This document shows, piece after piece, positions 19,930-30,784 of a stretch of DNA of 55,476 bases. The DNA comes from Gammaproteobacteria bacterium (GTDB lineage: Bacteria > Pseudomonadota > Gammaproteobacteria > GCA-001735895). Position 1 is the stretch's first letter, and each line of letters starts with the position of its first letter. Position numbers and translations under genes: made by a program. The stretch covers positions 1 to 55,476 of the forward strand of contig JBNKUM010000017.1 of assembly GCA_050298595.1 (NCBI GenBank), written 5' to 3'. Under the pieces are notes generated by a model. It saw nothing but the letters and a program-made list of their open reading frames with translations. It had not been told where the DNA came from and ran no database searches.

Positions 19930-22900
19930 ATGACTGATTTAACGACACCTGTACAAACACCCCTGTCTTCTGGTTGGCAGTTCTGGGTAGATCGAGGGGG
20001 TACCTTTACTGATCTGGTTGCGCGACGCCCCGATGGTGTATTGCTAACCCATAAGCTGCTGTCCGAGAATCCTCAGCAATATCCAGATGCAGCGATTCAG
20101 GGGATACGCGATCTACTGGGTGTAAAGGCCGGTGAAAGTTTGCCTGCAGAGCAAATCGAAGCTGTCAAGATGGGTACTACCGTAGCAACTAATGCATTAC
20201 TGGAGCGACAGGGTGATCCGACCCTGCTGGTGACCACCAGAGGTTATGCAGATGCTCTGCGTATTGGCTACCAGACTCGACCTGATCTTTTTGCGCTCAA
20301 TATTGAATTACCAGAAATGCTATATACCCAGGTAGTTGAGATTGATGAGCGCATCGCTGCACAGGGTGAAGTGGTCAGAACTGTGGACGAACAACAGGCC
20401 CGAGTTGAATTAACACGGGCATACAAGCAGGGCCTTCATTCTGTAGCCATTCTGTTTATGCATGGCTATCGTTATCCCGAGCACGAATTGAGAGTGGCGG
20501 AGATAGCCCGAGAGATAGGCTTTACTCAGGTTTCGGTCAGCTCACAGGTCAGTCCATTGATGAAACTGGTGAGCCGGGGTGACACCACCGTGGTAGATGC
20601 CTATCTGTCACCCATCCTGCGACGATATATTAATCGAGTAGCTGATGAATTATCAGCTATGCAGGCATCAGGAGGTCGCCTGATGTTTATGCAGTCTAAC
20701 GGTGGTCTGACCGATGCGCACAGCTTTCAGGGCAAGGATGCGATACTTTCCGGTCCTGCTGGTGGCGTGGTGGGCATGGTGCGTACTGCCGAAGCCGCCG
20801 GGTTTGACCGCTTGATCGGCTTTGATATGGGGGGGACGTCAACCGATGTCAGCCATTATGCCGGTGAATACGAACGCGCTTTTGAGACCGAAGTTGCTGG
20901 CGTAAGAATTCGCGCGCCGATGATGCAAATCCATACGGTTGCAGCCGGTGGTGGCTCTATCTTGCAGTTTGATGGCGCGCGCTTCCGGGTAGGACCTGAC
21001 TCTGCAGGCGCCAATCCCGGACCTGCCAGCTATCGCAATGGTGGGCCGCTTACTGTCACAGATTGTAATGTGATGCTGGGCAAGCTACAGCCGGATCATT
21101 TTCCCCCGGTATTTGGTCCGAACGCCGATCAGCCGCTGGATGCTGAGGTAGTTAGAAAAAAATTTAGCGAGCTGGCTGACGAAATATTTGCAGCGACCAG
21201 TACGCGACGCACTGCAGAGCAGGTAGCCGAGGGTTTTCTCGCCATCGCGGTAGAGAATATGGCGAATGCCATCAAGAAGATTTCGGTTCAACGTGGCTAT
21301 GATATCTCCGAATATACCCTGTGCTGCTTTGGCGGGGCAGGGGGGCAGCATGCCTGTCTGGTGGCTGATGCTCTGGGGATGAAGCGCGTTTATCTGCATC
21401 CTTATTCTGGAGTACTGTCAGCGTTTGGTATGGGGCTGGCAGATCTACGACTGATGCGAGAGAAAGCCGTGGAAGCTGTTCTTGAGAACTCGGTGATGGC
21501 TAGTCTCAGGCAGCAGTTGCTTGAATTACAGCAGGATGGTGAACAGGGGATGCTGGCTCAGGGTGTGCCAGCCTCTCGCATACGCAGTGAATGGAAGTTA
21601 CATCTACGTTATTCCGGGTCGGATACCGCGCTGGTGGTTGCTTACGCAGAGCTGGCAGAGATTATCGATACCTTTGAACAGGCTCACCGTCAGCGTTTCG
21701 GTTTTATCTCCGCCGACAAACCACTGATTGTAGAGGCGCTACAGGTGGAAGTGATTGGGGAATCTGATTCACCAGCTGTTGAAGTCCATGCGCAGCCATC
21801 AATGGAAGTTTCTGTTAAAACCATGCATCAGTCCGTGATGAATGGTGAACCCCACAATACACCATTCTATGAACGGGATTCCCTGCCTGTCGCAACAGCG
21901 ATTAAAGGCCCCGCAGTGATTGTCGAGAAAACCGGCACTATCGTGGTTGAGCCGGGCTGGCAGGCCACGCTCTCTGAACACAATGACATCCTGCTCGAAC
22001 GCTACCAGGCCTTGCCTAAACGGGTTGCTATCGGCACTCAGGTCGATCCGGTGATGCTGGAGATCTTCAATAACCTGTTCATGTCTATTGCCGAGCAGAT
22101 GGGGATGGTGCTGGAAAACACTGCAGCCTCAGTAAATATCAAGGAACGCCTCGATTTCTCCTGCGCGGTATTTGATCAGGCAGGAGAGTTGATCGCCAAT
22201 GCGCCACATATGCCAGTCCATCTGGGCTCGATGAGCGAGAGCATCAAAACGGTCATACGTGAGCGCAACGGCACTATGCAAAAGGGTGATGCTTATGCGC
22301 TGAATGCCCCCTACAACGGGGGAACTCATCTACCCGATGTCACCATCATTAAACCGGTATTCGATGACACAGGTGAGCAGGTCATCTTCTATGTCGCCGC
22401 GCGTGGACATCATGCAGATATCGGAGGCATCACGCCGGGCTCGATGCCACCTGATTCAAGTTCGGTAGAACAGGAAGGGATCCTGATCGACAATGTAAAG
22501 CTGGTGGATCAGGGACGTTTTCTGGAGCAGGAAATGCGCGACCTGCTCAATTCTGGAGACTATCCCTCGCGTAATCCTGATGCCAATATCGCAGACTTTC
22601 AGGCCCAGCTCGCTGCCTGTGAAAAAGGCATGCAGGAACTGCAGCGCATGGTCACCCACTTTGGGCTGGACGTGGTGCATGCCTATATGCGGCATGTACA
22701 GGACAATGCCGAAGAATCTGTACGCCGAGTGCTGGATGTACTCAGCGATGGAGAGTTCTGTTATTCGATGGATGATGGTAATAAGGTCTGCGTGAAAATC
22801 ACTCTGCATAAAGAGGCGCGTCGCGCAGTTATTGATTTCACCGGTACCAGCGAACAGCATCCTGGCAATTACAATGCCCCGGCTGCAGTATGCAAAGCCG

Positions 22901-23571
22901 CTGTATTGTATGTATTCCGTTGCCTGGTGGATGACATGATCCCTCTCAATGAAGGCTGTCTCAAACCACTGGATATCATTATTCCTGAAGGCTCGATGAT
23001 TAATCCGCGTTATCCTGCGGCGGTGGTTGCTGGCAATGTCGAAACCTCACAGGTTATAGTCGATACCCTGTTGGGCGCACTTGGCGTAGCTGCAGCTTCA
23101 CAGGGAACCATGAACAACTTTACCTGGGGTAATGCAGAATATCAGTACTATGAAACTCTGTGTGGCGGTTCCGGTGCCACAGCCACGCAGGCTGGAACTG
23201 ATGCGGTTCATACCCATATGACCAACTCACGTCTGACTGATCCTGAGGTTCTGGAGTGGCGTTTTCCGGTAAGACTGGAGTCGTTTGAGATACGCAAAGG
23301 TTCCGGTGGTAAGGGAAAACATCATGGTGGCGCTGGTGTTGAACGACGCCTGCGTTTTCTTGAACAAATGACAGCCAATATTCTGGCCGGACATCGCAAG
23401 GTTGCGCCATACGGTGTTGCAGGAGGCGAGCCGGGAGCATTGGGTATCAATTATGTAACACACAGTGATGGCCGCGAAACACAGCTGCCAGCCCGAGGGC
23501 AGGTGGATATGATGCCGGGTGATGTATTTGTGATCAAAACTCCTGGTGGTGGCGGATATGGACAAGCTTAA
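19930..23571 (+). CDS. 5-oxoprolinase (fused hydantoinase A/B)
   Basis: [53 protein letters not shown]. Confidence 0.95.
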   Translation: MTDLTTPVQTPLSSGWQFWVDRGGTFTDLVARRPDGVLLTHKLLSENPQQYPDAAIQGIRDLLGVKAGESLPAEQIEAVKMGTTVATNALLERQGDPTLLVTTRGYADALRIGYQTRPDLFALNIELPEMLYTQVVEIDERIAAQGEVVRTVDEQQARVELTRAYKQGLHSVAILFMHGYRYPEHELRVAEIAREIGFTQVSVSSQVSPLMKLVSRGDTTVVDAYLSPILRRYINRVADELSAMQASGGRLMFMQSNGGLTDAHSFQGKDAILSGPAGGVVGMVRTAEAAGFDRLIGFDMGGTSTDVSHYAGEYERAFETEVAGVRIRAPMMQIHTVAAGGGSILQFDGARFRVGPDSAGANPGPASYRNGGPLTVTDCNVMLGKLQPDHFPPVFGPNADQPLDAEVVRKKFSELADEIFAATSTRRTAEQVAEGFLAIAVENMANAIKKISVQRGYDISEYTLCCFGGAGGQHACLVADALGMKRVYLHPYSGVLSAFGMGLADLRLMREKAVEAVLENSVMASLRQQLLELQQDGEQGMLAQGVPASRIRSEWKLHLRYSGSDTALVVAYAELAEIIDTFEQAHRQRFGFISADKPLIVEALQVEVIGESDSPAVEVHAQPSMEVSVKTMHQSVMNGEPHNTPFYERDSLPVATAIKGPAVIVEKTGTIVVEPGWQATLSEHNDILLERYQALPKRVAIGTQVDPVMLEIFNNLFMSIAEQMGMVLENTAASVNIKERLDFSCAVFDQAGELIANAPHMPVHLGSMSESIKTVIRERNGTMQKGDAYALNAPYNGGTHLPDVTIIKPVFDDTGEQVIFYVAARGHHADIGGITPGSMPPDSSSVEQEGILIDNVKLVDQGRFLEQEMRDLLNSGDYPSRNPDANIADFQAQLAACEKGMQELQRMVTHFGLDVVHAYMRHVQDNAEESVRRVLDVLSDGEFCYSMDDGNKVCVKITLHKEARRAVIDFTGTSEQHPGNYNAPAAVCKAAVLYVFRCLVDDMIPLNEGCLKPLDIIIPEGSMINPRYPAAVVAGNVETSQVIVDTLLGALGVAAASQGTMNNFTWGNAEYQYYETLCGGSGATATQAGTDAVHTHMTNSRLTDPEVLEWRFPVRLESFEIRKGSGGKGKHHGGAGVERRLRFLEQMTANILAGHRKVAPYGVAGGEPGALGINYVTHSDGRETQLPARGQVDMMPGDVFVIKTPGGGGYGQA

Positions 23572-23580
23572 AAAAACAAT

Positions 23581-23610
23581 TTCACCACAGAGGACACAGA
23601 GACCACAGAG
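23581..23610. repeat. Short REP-like motif with CACAGAG x3
   Basis: CACCACAGAGGACACAGAGACCACAGAG. Confidence 0.45.
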
Positions 23611-23777
23611 ATGAAAATTCAAGCAGATTATTACCCTTAAAGCTGAGTGATGAGATTTTAATAGGAAAGGTTTTAGCTATATCACGAAAAAAAATGTCAT
23701 TTTCTTTCTAAACAAGCTGCTATGTTCTTATTACACTCAATAACTATTTTCCAGATGAGTTTTATAAATCCTGATCT

Positions 23778-24593
23778 ATGAGTCTAGAACGTGCACATTA
23801 TAGCTATGCCAGTGATATAGGCGGCTTAGAGTATCTGAAAGCAAGTTTTTATCATCAGAACTTTTCACGCCATGTTCACCAGGGCGCTTGCGTGGGCGTA
23901 ATAGAGCAAGGTGCTCAGGGGTTTTATCGTAGCGGGGCCAATCATATTGCTTCCTGTGACAGTATCATTCTGGTGAATGCTGAAGAAGTTCACGATGGCC
24001 ACTCAATAACTGAAAATGGCTGGTCTTATAAAGCAATCTATCCTATGCCTGAGCAATTAGGGGAGGTGGGCTGTGAAATGGAAGGGCTCAGTCGAGGCAT
24101 ACCTTATTTTACTGAGCCTGTTGTTCATGATCCTGAGCTGGCTTATATGTTACGCCAGTTTTTTAATATACTCGATCAGTCTGACAACACGCTTGAGCGA
24201 CAATCATGGTTTGTCACAACAATATCGGCATTGATTTTACGCCATGGTAAAAGCGCTTCAACACTGTTGGATACAAAGCGCTCCCCTGACAAAATTGACA
24301 CTATAAAACAATACCTGAATGATAACTTTCAGAAAAATGTATCGCTCAATGAGCTGAGCGACCTGGTTCAGTTAAACCCTCAATATCTGGTTAGACTTTT
24401 CCGCAAACATGTCGGTATGCCGCCACATGCCTATCAGGTCCAGACTCGAATTCATAAGGCTAAAGAACTCATTCGGCTAGGCGTTTCACTCAGTGATGCG
24501 GCCGTTGATTGTGGCTTTGCTGATCAGAGCCATATGAATATGTATTTCAAACGTTTTTATGGAACCACTCCGGGTAAATTCACAAAATTGTAA
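23778..24593 (+). CDS. AraC-family transcriptional regulator
   Basis: Cupin N-terminus FSRHVH; HTH GMPPHAY...GFADQSH. Confidence 0.93.
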   Translation: MSLERAHYSYASDIGGLEYLKASFYHQNFSRHVHQGACVGVIEQGAQGFYRSGANHIASCDSIILVNAEEVHDGHSITENGWSYKAIYPMPEQLGEVGCEMEGLSRGIPYFTEPVVHDPELAYMLRQFFNILDQSDNTLERQSWFVTTISALILRHGKSASTLLDTKRSPDKIDTIKQYLNDNFQKNVSLNELSDLVQLNPQYLVRLFRKHVGMPPHAYQVQTRIHKAKELIRLGVSLSDAAVDCGFADQSHMNMYFKRFYGTTPGKFTKL

Positions 24594-24666
24594 GGTCAGT
24601 ATCGTTCAATCTTAACGCCAGGTTATCGTTATCATTCTTCTTTTTTTATTGAAAGAAGAATAACTC

Positions 24667-25380
24667 ATGTCTCAATCAGCTATTACTCGTCACCGTTTTA
24701 TCGATGGCGCGATAGATATCCTCCCTCTCATTCTGGCTGCAATGCCTTTTGGTATCTTATATGGTGCATTGGCTCAGGCTTCCGGTCTTACTCTGTGGAC
24801 ATCGATGGCGATGTCATTTTTTGTGTTTGCAGGCTCCGCGCAGTTTGTCGCTGTTAATCTATTACTCACTGCGGCGCCTGTGCTGGTGATAGTGATTGCG
24901 ACCTTCTTTGTTAATTTACGCCACTTGATGTATAGCGCTAATCTGCTTGAACATGTAAAGCAAACCCCCGCGCCATTAAGGGCGATCATGGCTTTCTGGT
25001 TAACCGATGAAACCTTTGCCGTGGTAGCAAAAAAAACGAGCACTTCATATGACCCATCCTCTATTCACCTGTATTACCTCGGTTCGGCGCTGACTATGTA
25101 TAGTAGCTGGCAGATTTACAGTTTAATCGGCTATCAGCTAGGCACCCAGATTCCTGATGCACAGACATGGGGACTGGATATCGCAATGGTGCTCGCATTC
25201 ATTGGTATTGTCGTACCTTTGCTCAAAACATCCGCCATGTGGGTTTGTGCCATCAGTGCATTCTGTTGCAGCCTTATCACTAAAGACTGGCCCTACCAAA
25301 GTGGATTGATATTTTCTATGTTGTTATCGATTGGGGTAGCTGTTCTGGTGGCACGACTGAGGAGTTCATCTAATGCATGA
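24667..25380 (+). CDS. azlC: AzlC-family amino acid exporter
   Basis: FAGSAQF, VNLRH, LTDETFA. Confidence 0.92.
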   Translation: MSQSAITRHRFIDGAIDILPLILAAMPFGILYGALAQASGLTLWTSMAMSFFVFAGSAQFVAVNLLLTAAPVLVIVIATFFVNLRHLMYSANLLEHVKQTPAPLRAIMAFWLTDETFAVVAKKTSTSYDPSSIHLYYLGSALTMYSSWQIYSLIGYQLGTQIPDAQTWGLDIAMVLAFIGIVVPLLKTSAMWVCAISAFCCSLITKDWPYQSGLIFSMLLSIGVAVLVARLRSSSNA

Positions 25381-25687
25381 TGTGTTTTTAATAGCCGGTA
25401 TGTTTGTAGCCACTTACAGCATTCGATATCTACCTTTTGCCTATGCGCATAAAATCTCATTTCCACTCTGGTTACAGCAGGCTTTGTCCTATGTGCCTGT
25501 TGCGGCACTGACCGCCATAATCGCACCCGTGGTTTTATTTCATGGTGCAGATAATATGGATTTGAGTTTGCAAAATGCTCACCTGGTCGCTGCGGTAGTT
25601 GCATTTGCTATATCACTATTTAGTCGGAGCATGTTGTTTACGATTTTGTCAGGCCTGATAGTTTTTGCTCTGATTAAAGCTATCTAA
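25373..25687 (+). CDS. azlD: AzlD-family protein
   Basis: TYSIRYLP, LSYVPVAALTA; overlaps azlC. Confidence 0.9.
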   Translation: MHDVFLIAGMFVATYSIRYLPFAYAHKISFPLWLQQALSYVPVAALTAIIAPVVLFHGADNMDLSLQNAHLVAAVVAFAISLFSRSMLFTILSGLIVFALIKAI

Positions 25688-25765
25688 TCATGCCCCTACT
25701 AGCTGTCGGGTTGGTGCCTTAGTCGCGGATCAGGTAAAATCCCGCCTCACTTTTTGCGGATAGCT

Positions 25766-27040
25766 ATGACTGTGTCTGACAGCCTACTCATCAATCAACC
25801 CTGCTTTGAACACCTGGAACCGAAGCTTAAGGCCTTCCTCGAACATAAGTCACAGGCATTACGCCTGTCGCTGCAGGATTGTCGGCAGGCCAGTGAGATA
25901 GCGCTGGATCTGCAAATGTGGGGTGGCCCTTCGATTGAGGAATTATGGCCTGATGAATCCAGCATCACGGCCAGTGGAAAAGCGCATAAACAGCAACTGA
26001 TGATCCAGTTGCGCGAGCGCTGGGAACAGCAAAAGGCACAACTGAATGCATATCCCGCAGATAGTGATGCACCTAAAATCAGTGCCGCCGCTGAGCCCTG
26101 TAGTATCGAAAAGCAGGGTCTGGGACTGGGGCGCTGTCCGGTCGCTTCACCGAAAACACTATGCTGCAATCTGCAAACACTGGATGCGGTTGATAACTGT
26201 GGATATGGCTGTAGTTATTGCAGTATTCAATCCTTTTTTGATGGAAAACAAATCAGCTTTGATCGAGGTTTTGCCGACAAACTAAAAAATCTCCAGCTCG
26301 ATCCAGATAAAACCTACCATATCGGTACCGGACAATCTTCCGACTCATTGATGTGGGGCAATAGTCACGGGGTGCTCGATGCGGTGATAGAATTTGCCGC
26401 TGATCATCCCAATGTGATACTGGAATTGAAAACCAAGTCGGCGAACGTCAGTCATCTGCTAAAGGCAAAGCCCAGCCGGAATATTCTATGCACCTGGTCA
26501 TTGAATACACCGACTATTATTGAACATGAAGAGCATGGCACTGCATCCCTTGATAAACGTTTACAGGCCGCACGGAAGATGGCCGATGCGGGTTATATCG
26601 TCGGTTTTCATTTTCATCCTATGGTTCATTATCAGGGCTGGGCAGAAGATTATCAGGCCGTGGTCGAAACACTTACTGAAATGTTTACTCCGGATGAAGT
26701 CGCACTGGTTTCGATAGGCACACTAACCTATATCAAATCAGTGATGAGCGAGATTCGTAAACGAGCGATACCCAGTCAGATCCTGAAAATGCCCATGGTT
26801 GACGCAGCAGGTAAAAAGTCCTACCCAGATGAAATCAAACTCGCGATGTTCAAGCATCTGTATCAGAGCTTTCCTGATAGCTGGAAACACGATGTATTGT
26901 TTTATCTGTGCATGGAAAGTGCGGAGTTATGGGAGCCAGTGTTTGGTTTCGAGTATGCATCCAATGAAGAATTTGAAGCGGCAATGAAAGGCACGTATCT
27001 GCGAAAAATTGCTGGGTGTAGTAGAGAGTTAGACAAATAA
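25766..27040 (+). CDS. Spore photoproduct lyase-like radical SAM protein
   Basis: CGYGCSYC, IGTGQSSDSL, LELKTKS, WSLN, EEHGTASL..RL, FHFHP, YLCME. Confidence 0.8.
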   Translation: MTVSDSLLINQPCFEHLEPKLKAFLEHKSQALRLSLQDCRQASEIALDLQMWGGPSIEELWPDESSITASGKAHKQQLMIQLRERWEQQKAQLNAYPADSDAPKISAAAEPCSIEKQGLGLGRCPVASPKTLCCNLQTLDAVDNCGYGCSYCSIQSFFDGKQISFDRGFADKLKNLQLDPDKTYHIGTGQSSDSLMWGNSHGVLDAVIEFAADHPNVILELKTKSANVSHLLKAKPSRNILCTWSLNTPTIIEHEEHGTASLDKRLQAARKMADAGYIVGFHFHPMVHYQGWAEDYQAVVETLTEMFTPDEVALVSIGTLTYIKSVMSEIRKRAIPSQILKMPMVDAAGKKSYPDEIKLAMFKHLYQSFPDSWKHDVLFYLCMESAELWEPVFGFEYASNEEFEAAMKGTYLRKIAGCSRELDK

Positions 27041-27081
27041 GTCTCCAGGGCACCTCTGAACAATTTCGTTTCCAGAAGAAT

Positions 27082-27762
27082 CTATGTGCATTCAAACCAC
27101 TGCAACGGCTCTGGCAGTTCCATAGCTGAATATTCTATATGAATGATCCTTCTGTGAGATGGAATGGTCGCTTTACGTGATGAGTGAAAAAGAAGGGGGT
27201 TCATTAACAACACATCCCCTGCGTTTGCATTGCACTCTATCACCTTTGAGTCTTCTACAATTTTAATTATCTCGTTTGATTTTATTCTTCCCTGTTTATG
27301 AGTGCCCGGTACAACACGTAACACTCCTGTTTCAGCATTAGCCTTATCTAGATGAATTCTCAATGTTAAAGTGTTAGCCAGATATTCTTCAGGTGGTTCT
27401 GCATGGATAACGCCCTGTTTTTCACTCCAGGACCCAAAGCCTGTTATCTCGTGTTTTGATTTTACAGCTATTGATGTATCCTGGTGCCAGGCAACGTTCC
27501 AGTTGGCGCCTGCTACCTTATCAAAGAATACTGACCTTATTGGATGAGCATCATCCCCTAATATTTCTTTAGCGAAATTTATTAAAGGTAATGAGGTTGC
27601 CAGCTGTTTTATATGGGGAACTTTGTTCATCAAGCTCCTCACCCCATAGTTATTCATTTTTCCTTCAAACTCTGACGTCGCATTAATCAATAAGGATATT
27701 TGCTCCTCATTAAAAACATCTTTTACCAGATAATATCCATTTTGGCTGTATCTTTGTTTCAT
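27082..27762 (-). CDS. Phytanoyl-CoA dioxygenase family Fe(II)/2OG enzyme
   Basis: WHQD (HxD), LRIHLD, VVPGTH, LFHSS. Confidence 0.88.
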   Translation of the reverse strand: MKQRYSQNGYYLVKDVFNEEQISLLINATSEFEGKMNNYGVRSLMNKVPHIKQLATSLPLINFAKEILGDDAHPIRSVFFDKVAGANWNVAWHQDTSIAVKSKHEITGFGSWSEKQGVIHAEPPEEYLANTLTLRIHLDKANAETGVLRVVPGTHKQGRIKSNEIIKIVEDSKVIECNANAGDVLLMNPLLFHSSRKATIPSHRRIIHIEYSAMELPEPLQWFECT

Positions 27763-27778
27763 ACTACTTATCCTGTTC

Positions 27779-27871
27779 TACTAAAGCTGCAAATCACTGG
27801 CAGAAAAAACTGCATAGAGAGGTATGAGCGGAGTAGCTTTTGTCTTTCCGAGCGCATGTGAATTGTTATGA
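27779..27871 (-). other. Degenerate attC-like site
   Basis: Imperfect palindrome ending GTTATGA; upstream gene stop overlaps this core; resembles 44721-44807. Confidence 0.45.
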
Positions 27872-28135
27872 GATAAGTATTTTATCAGATATTCCAGGAA
27901 CCTTGTTTTGGGATTTTCTCTTTTGTTTTTCAGCATATTTAACTTCTAATGGTCTAATATCTTCGAGCGTCTTTTTATTAAAACTCTTCTCATATGAGTG
28001 CTCAATATAGCCTGGAAAAGACTCTTTCCATTGCTCTTGTTTTCTATTTGCCATTCTGCCAATATTTTAAGGATTCAATCCTGACTCCCTGGCCATTTGA
28101 ATTTGCGCATGCGATAAATGAAATTTCTTTCTGAA
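27866..28135 (-). pseudogene. Hypothetical-protein pseudogene
   Basis: RKKFHLSHAQIQMARESGLNP*NIGRMANRKQEQWK: in-frame TAA at 28067-28069; no intact 5' end. Confidence 0.7.
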
Positions 28136-28336
28136 TCAATAAAGCTAGCAAGCGCAAGGGGAGTGTCAATTGTAAGAACTGCCCCGAAATTTTCTTAAAA
28201 AACAAGGCAGAGAGCTCAACGTATCAACAGGCCTTATCGAAAGTAGCAGGTGATTATTAACTGCTTGCATTTCACGGCTTTATGCTGCGTATAATGAGGG
28301 CAACCCTCTTTCAAAATTTAAACCCGTATTGATATA

Positions 28337-28639
28337 TTGAAAACCGATTCAGAAGCCAGTCTCCTCGACAACCTCCCGACAGCTCTAAAGCAGGATTTAG
28401 ACAGGAATCTCTGCACCTGCATGGATGTGCCGAAAAGGCAGGTTATAGATGCCATAATCAAAGGCGCGATGACGCTGGAAGCAGTGAAAAAGGAAACCTA
28501 TGCCGCTACGGGAGCTGGCTGTTGTGTACAACAGGTCGAAAGACTGATTGAATGCCTTTCTGCGCCTTGCGCACGGAAAAGGCGTACAGGCAAGAATAAA
28601 GTGGTTAACGATATCAAGCCCTCGCGCAGTCACAATTAA
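28337..28639 (+). CDS. BFD-like (2Fe-2S)-binding protein
   Basis: LCTCMDV...TYAATGAGCC. Confidence 0.75.
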   Translation: MKTDSEASLLDNLPTALKQDLDRNLCTCMDVPKRQVIDAIIKGAMTLEAVKKETYAATGAGCCVQQVERLIECLSAPCARKRRTGKNKVVNDIKPSRSHN

Positions 28640-28640
28640 A

Positions 28641-28666
28641 AAGGCCCTGAGCGATTACAGGGCCTT
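28641..28666. terminator. Hairpin terminator between convergent genes
   Basis: AAGGCCCTG...CAGGGCCTT. Confidence 0.7.
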
Positions 28667-28688
28667 GAATAGTCGTTTTGCTTGCTGC

Positions 28689-29078
28689 TTATGCAGTGGC
28701 CGTTGCCGTTTTGGCTTGCTGTGCCTGCTGTTCTGCAATTTCCTTGTGTACCTGTTCCATATCCAGCGCTTTAACCTGGGATAACAACTCCGTCAGGGCG
28801 GATTCGGGTAACACACCAGGTTGGGAAAAAATGATGACTTTTTCTCGGAATACCATCAGGGTGGGGATTGAGCGAATCTGGAATTGAGCGGCTAGTTCCT
28901 GCTCCTGTTCTGTGTTGATTTTCGCAAATGTCATATCAGGATTGGCTTCAGCGACCTTCTCAAAGGTCGGAGCAAATGAACGGCATGGTCCGCACCAGGG
29001 CGCCCAAAAATCAACGATAATAATATCATTGCCTTCAATGACTTCAGTAAAATTTTCTTTTGTTACTTCCATAACCAT
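28689..29078 (-). CDS. Thioredoxin
   Basis: DFWAPWCGPC, IRSIPT; ATG 29078 preceded by GAGG. Confidence 0.95.
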   Translation of the reverse strand: MVMEVTKENFTEVIEGNDIIIVDFWAPWCGPCRSFAPTFEKVAEANPDMTFAKINTEQEQELAAQFQIRSIPTLMVFREKVIIFSQPGVLPESALTELLSQVKALDMEQVHKEIAEQQAQQAKTATATA

Positions 29079-29100
29079 AGGGCACCTCGATCTCTGTAGA

Positions 29101-29120
29101 ATATTAGTAATAACTAATAT
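29101..29120. promoter_or_regulatory. Perfect 8-4-8 palindrome upstream of thioredoxin
   Basis: ATATTAGT-AATA-ACTAATAT. Confidence 0.55.
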
Positions 29121-29177
29121 AGTGGTCATGACTGATAAATTCAACCCCTGATATAGTCAGCTATTCCAAGGAGTCAC

Positions 29178-29224
29178 AGGGCTACCGCGTCCTGCGCTCG
29201 CCCCTTACCTATGTCCCTATAGGT
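29178..29224 (+). repeat. Diverged copy of the 46-bp element
   Basis: GCTACCGCGTCCTGCGCTCGCCCCTTACCTATGTCCCTATAGGT resembles the 32125 unit. Confidence 0.6.
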
Positions 29225-29422
29225 AAAGCAGAGATACTGTTATCTCGAGAATGCAAGGATATCGACTGTAATGGTCTAGGAAATAGTGGGTTACACTCTA
29301 ATGCTAGCGGTCAACAGTGGAATCCAGATTTAAGGCTAAATGATAGACTAGTGCCCTGTGCTCCCCTGTGATGCAATAATCTTCTGCTATGCTCAAGAGT
29401 AATCCAGTCAGGGTATCCGGTT

Positions 29423-30217
29423 ATGAGTGAAAACACCTCCTTCGATTCTCAACAAGTCGCCCAGCGGTCCAAAGAAATCTTACTCCGCACAGTGATCTGG
29501 TCCTTTATTGGTGTGCTTTATGGCATGTTGTTCGTGCTGGTTTATAGTTTAGCGATTCATTTCGCGCCAGGTTACTACCCATTATTTATCGCAGGTACGC
29601 TTTCGGGTTGTATTGCCGCGCTAATCTATAGCAGCATGCGACTGGCAGCGATTGTCGCACCTTTGGCTTCGGTAACCAGCATCGCAACCATTATTTATCA
29701 GGGGCAGGTTGTCGAAATAACTAGCCTGCTGATTGTGACAGGGATTGTCGGTGTCATTACCGGGGCAATTTATGGTGTGATGGCTAAACAGTCTCGAGTC
29801 TATCGAGCCGATGCCAAAACGATAGCCGGTATTTTTTCAGGTTCGATAGTGTCTCTGGTATTTGCGTTGTTCTATGAAGTTTATCCCGGTTTTCCGCTGT
29901 TTTTTCTAATCGCTATCATGTGCCTTTTGACAGGCTCCCTGTATGTACTCGTCGCGCCATTCTGTGTCGAGCATCTGGATAATCTGTTGCCGCCGATTGG
30001 TGATGGGGCTATTGCAGGAGGGGGAACCTCGATGTTCGTAGGGTTGGTTCTGTTTATCATGGTTACTGGAGTCACACCAGAAACTGCTGGAGCGTTGGTG
30101 GAAGTTACTAATCAGATTCGTGAATTTATGCCAGCCGCTATTATTGGTGGATTGTTGGGAGGCGGTATATCAGGCTTTATGTCAGGACTGCTGCGTCGGG
30201 AGTGGCAGGATTTATGA
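29423..30217 (+). CDS. Gly-rich multi-pass membrane protein, unknown function
   Basis: About 8 hydrophobic segments. Confidence 0.75.
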   Translation: MSENTSFDSQQVAQRSKEILLRTVIWSFIGVLYGMLFVLVYSLAIHFAPGYYPLFIAGTLSGCIAALIYSSMRLAAIVAPLASVTSIATIIYQGQVVEITSLLIVTGIVGVITGAIYGVMAKQSRVYRADAKTIAGIFSGSIVSLVFALFYEVYPGFPLFFLIAIMCLLTGSLYVLVAPFCVEHLDNLLPPIGDGAIAGGGTSMFVGLVLFIMVTGVTPETAGALVEVTNQIREFMPAAIIGGLLGGGISGFMSGLLRREWQDL

Positions 30218-30459
30218 ATGGAGGCAGGAATTTCAGGGGCTGTTTACTTGCTTCTCGGCGTGGGGCTGGCTTCTTTTAGAGCAGCTCTCTTCTTACTGAA
30301 AAATCAGGGTTCGGTAACGCTAATGCTTACAGGTGGATAATATCCAGGGATAGTTCTCAAATGATTTCAGTCATTTATGGGGTCAGACTGTGGGGCAGGT
30401 CTTAGATTTATGATTGACTCTAAGCTAGACTCCAATCTTTTCATAATTTAGGAAAAATC

Positions 30460-30612
30460 ATGGCTCGTCCAATAAGACTGGAATTTGCCGGAGCGCTTTA
30501 CTACATCACCTAGCGAGGAAATCGAAGAGATGATATTTATGAGAATGATGAGGATCGACAACAGTTTCTGAAATTGTAGAACGATGTCTGTGATACCTAA
30601 AACTGGGAGTGA
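30460..30612 (+). pseudogene. REP-associated tyrosine transposase (RAYT/IS200-like) N-terminal remnant
   Basis: MARPIRLEFAGALYYIT*RGNRRDDIYENDEDRQQFLKL*NDVCDT*NWE*; GGGGTCAG-like motifs upstream. Confidence 0.8.
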
Positions 30613-30784
30613 GGCATTATTCGACAGTCAGTGGAGTTATCAGGGATCATGAATCAAAGACCTAACTCAATAGTCTTCTCTGTCCCCTATTATTGAATTT
30701 TTGACTCAGGTGGTTAGGTTTCCTATCCTCCGAGCACCCGCTAACATAGGTGGTCTTTTTGTATTAAGTTCGTGAGAGCAATGT

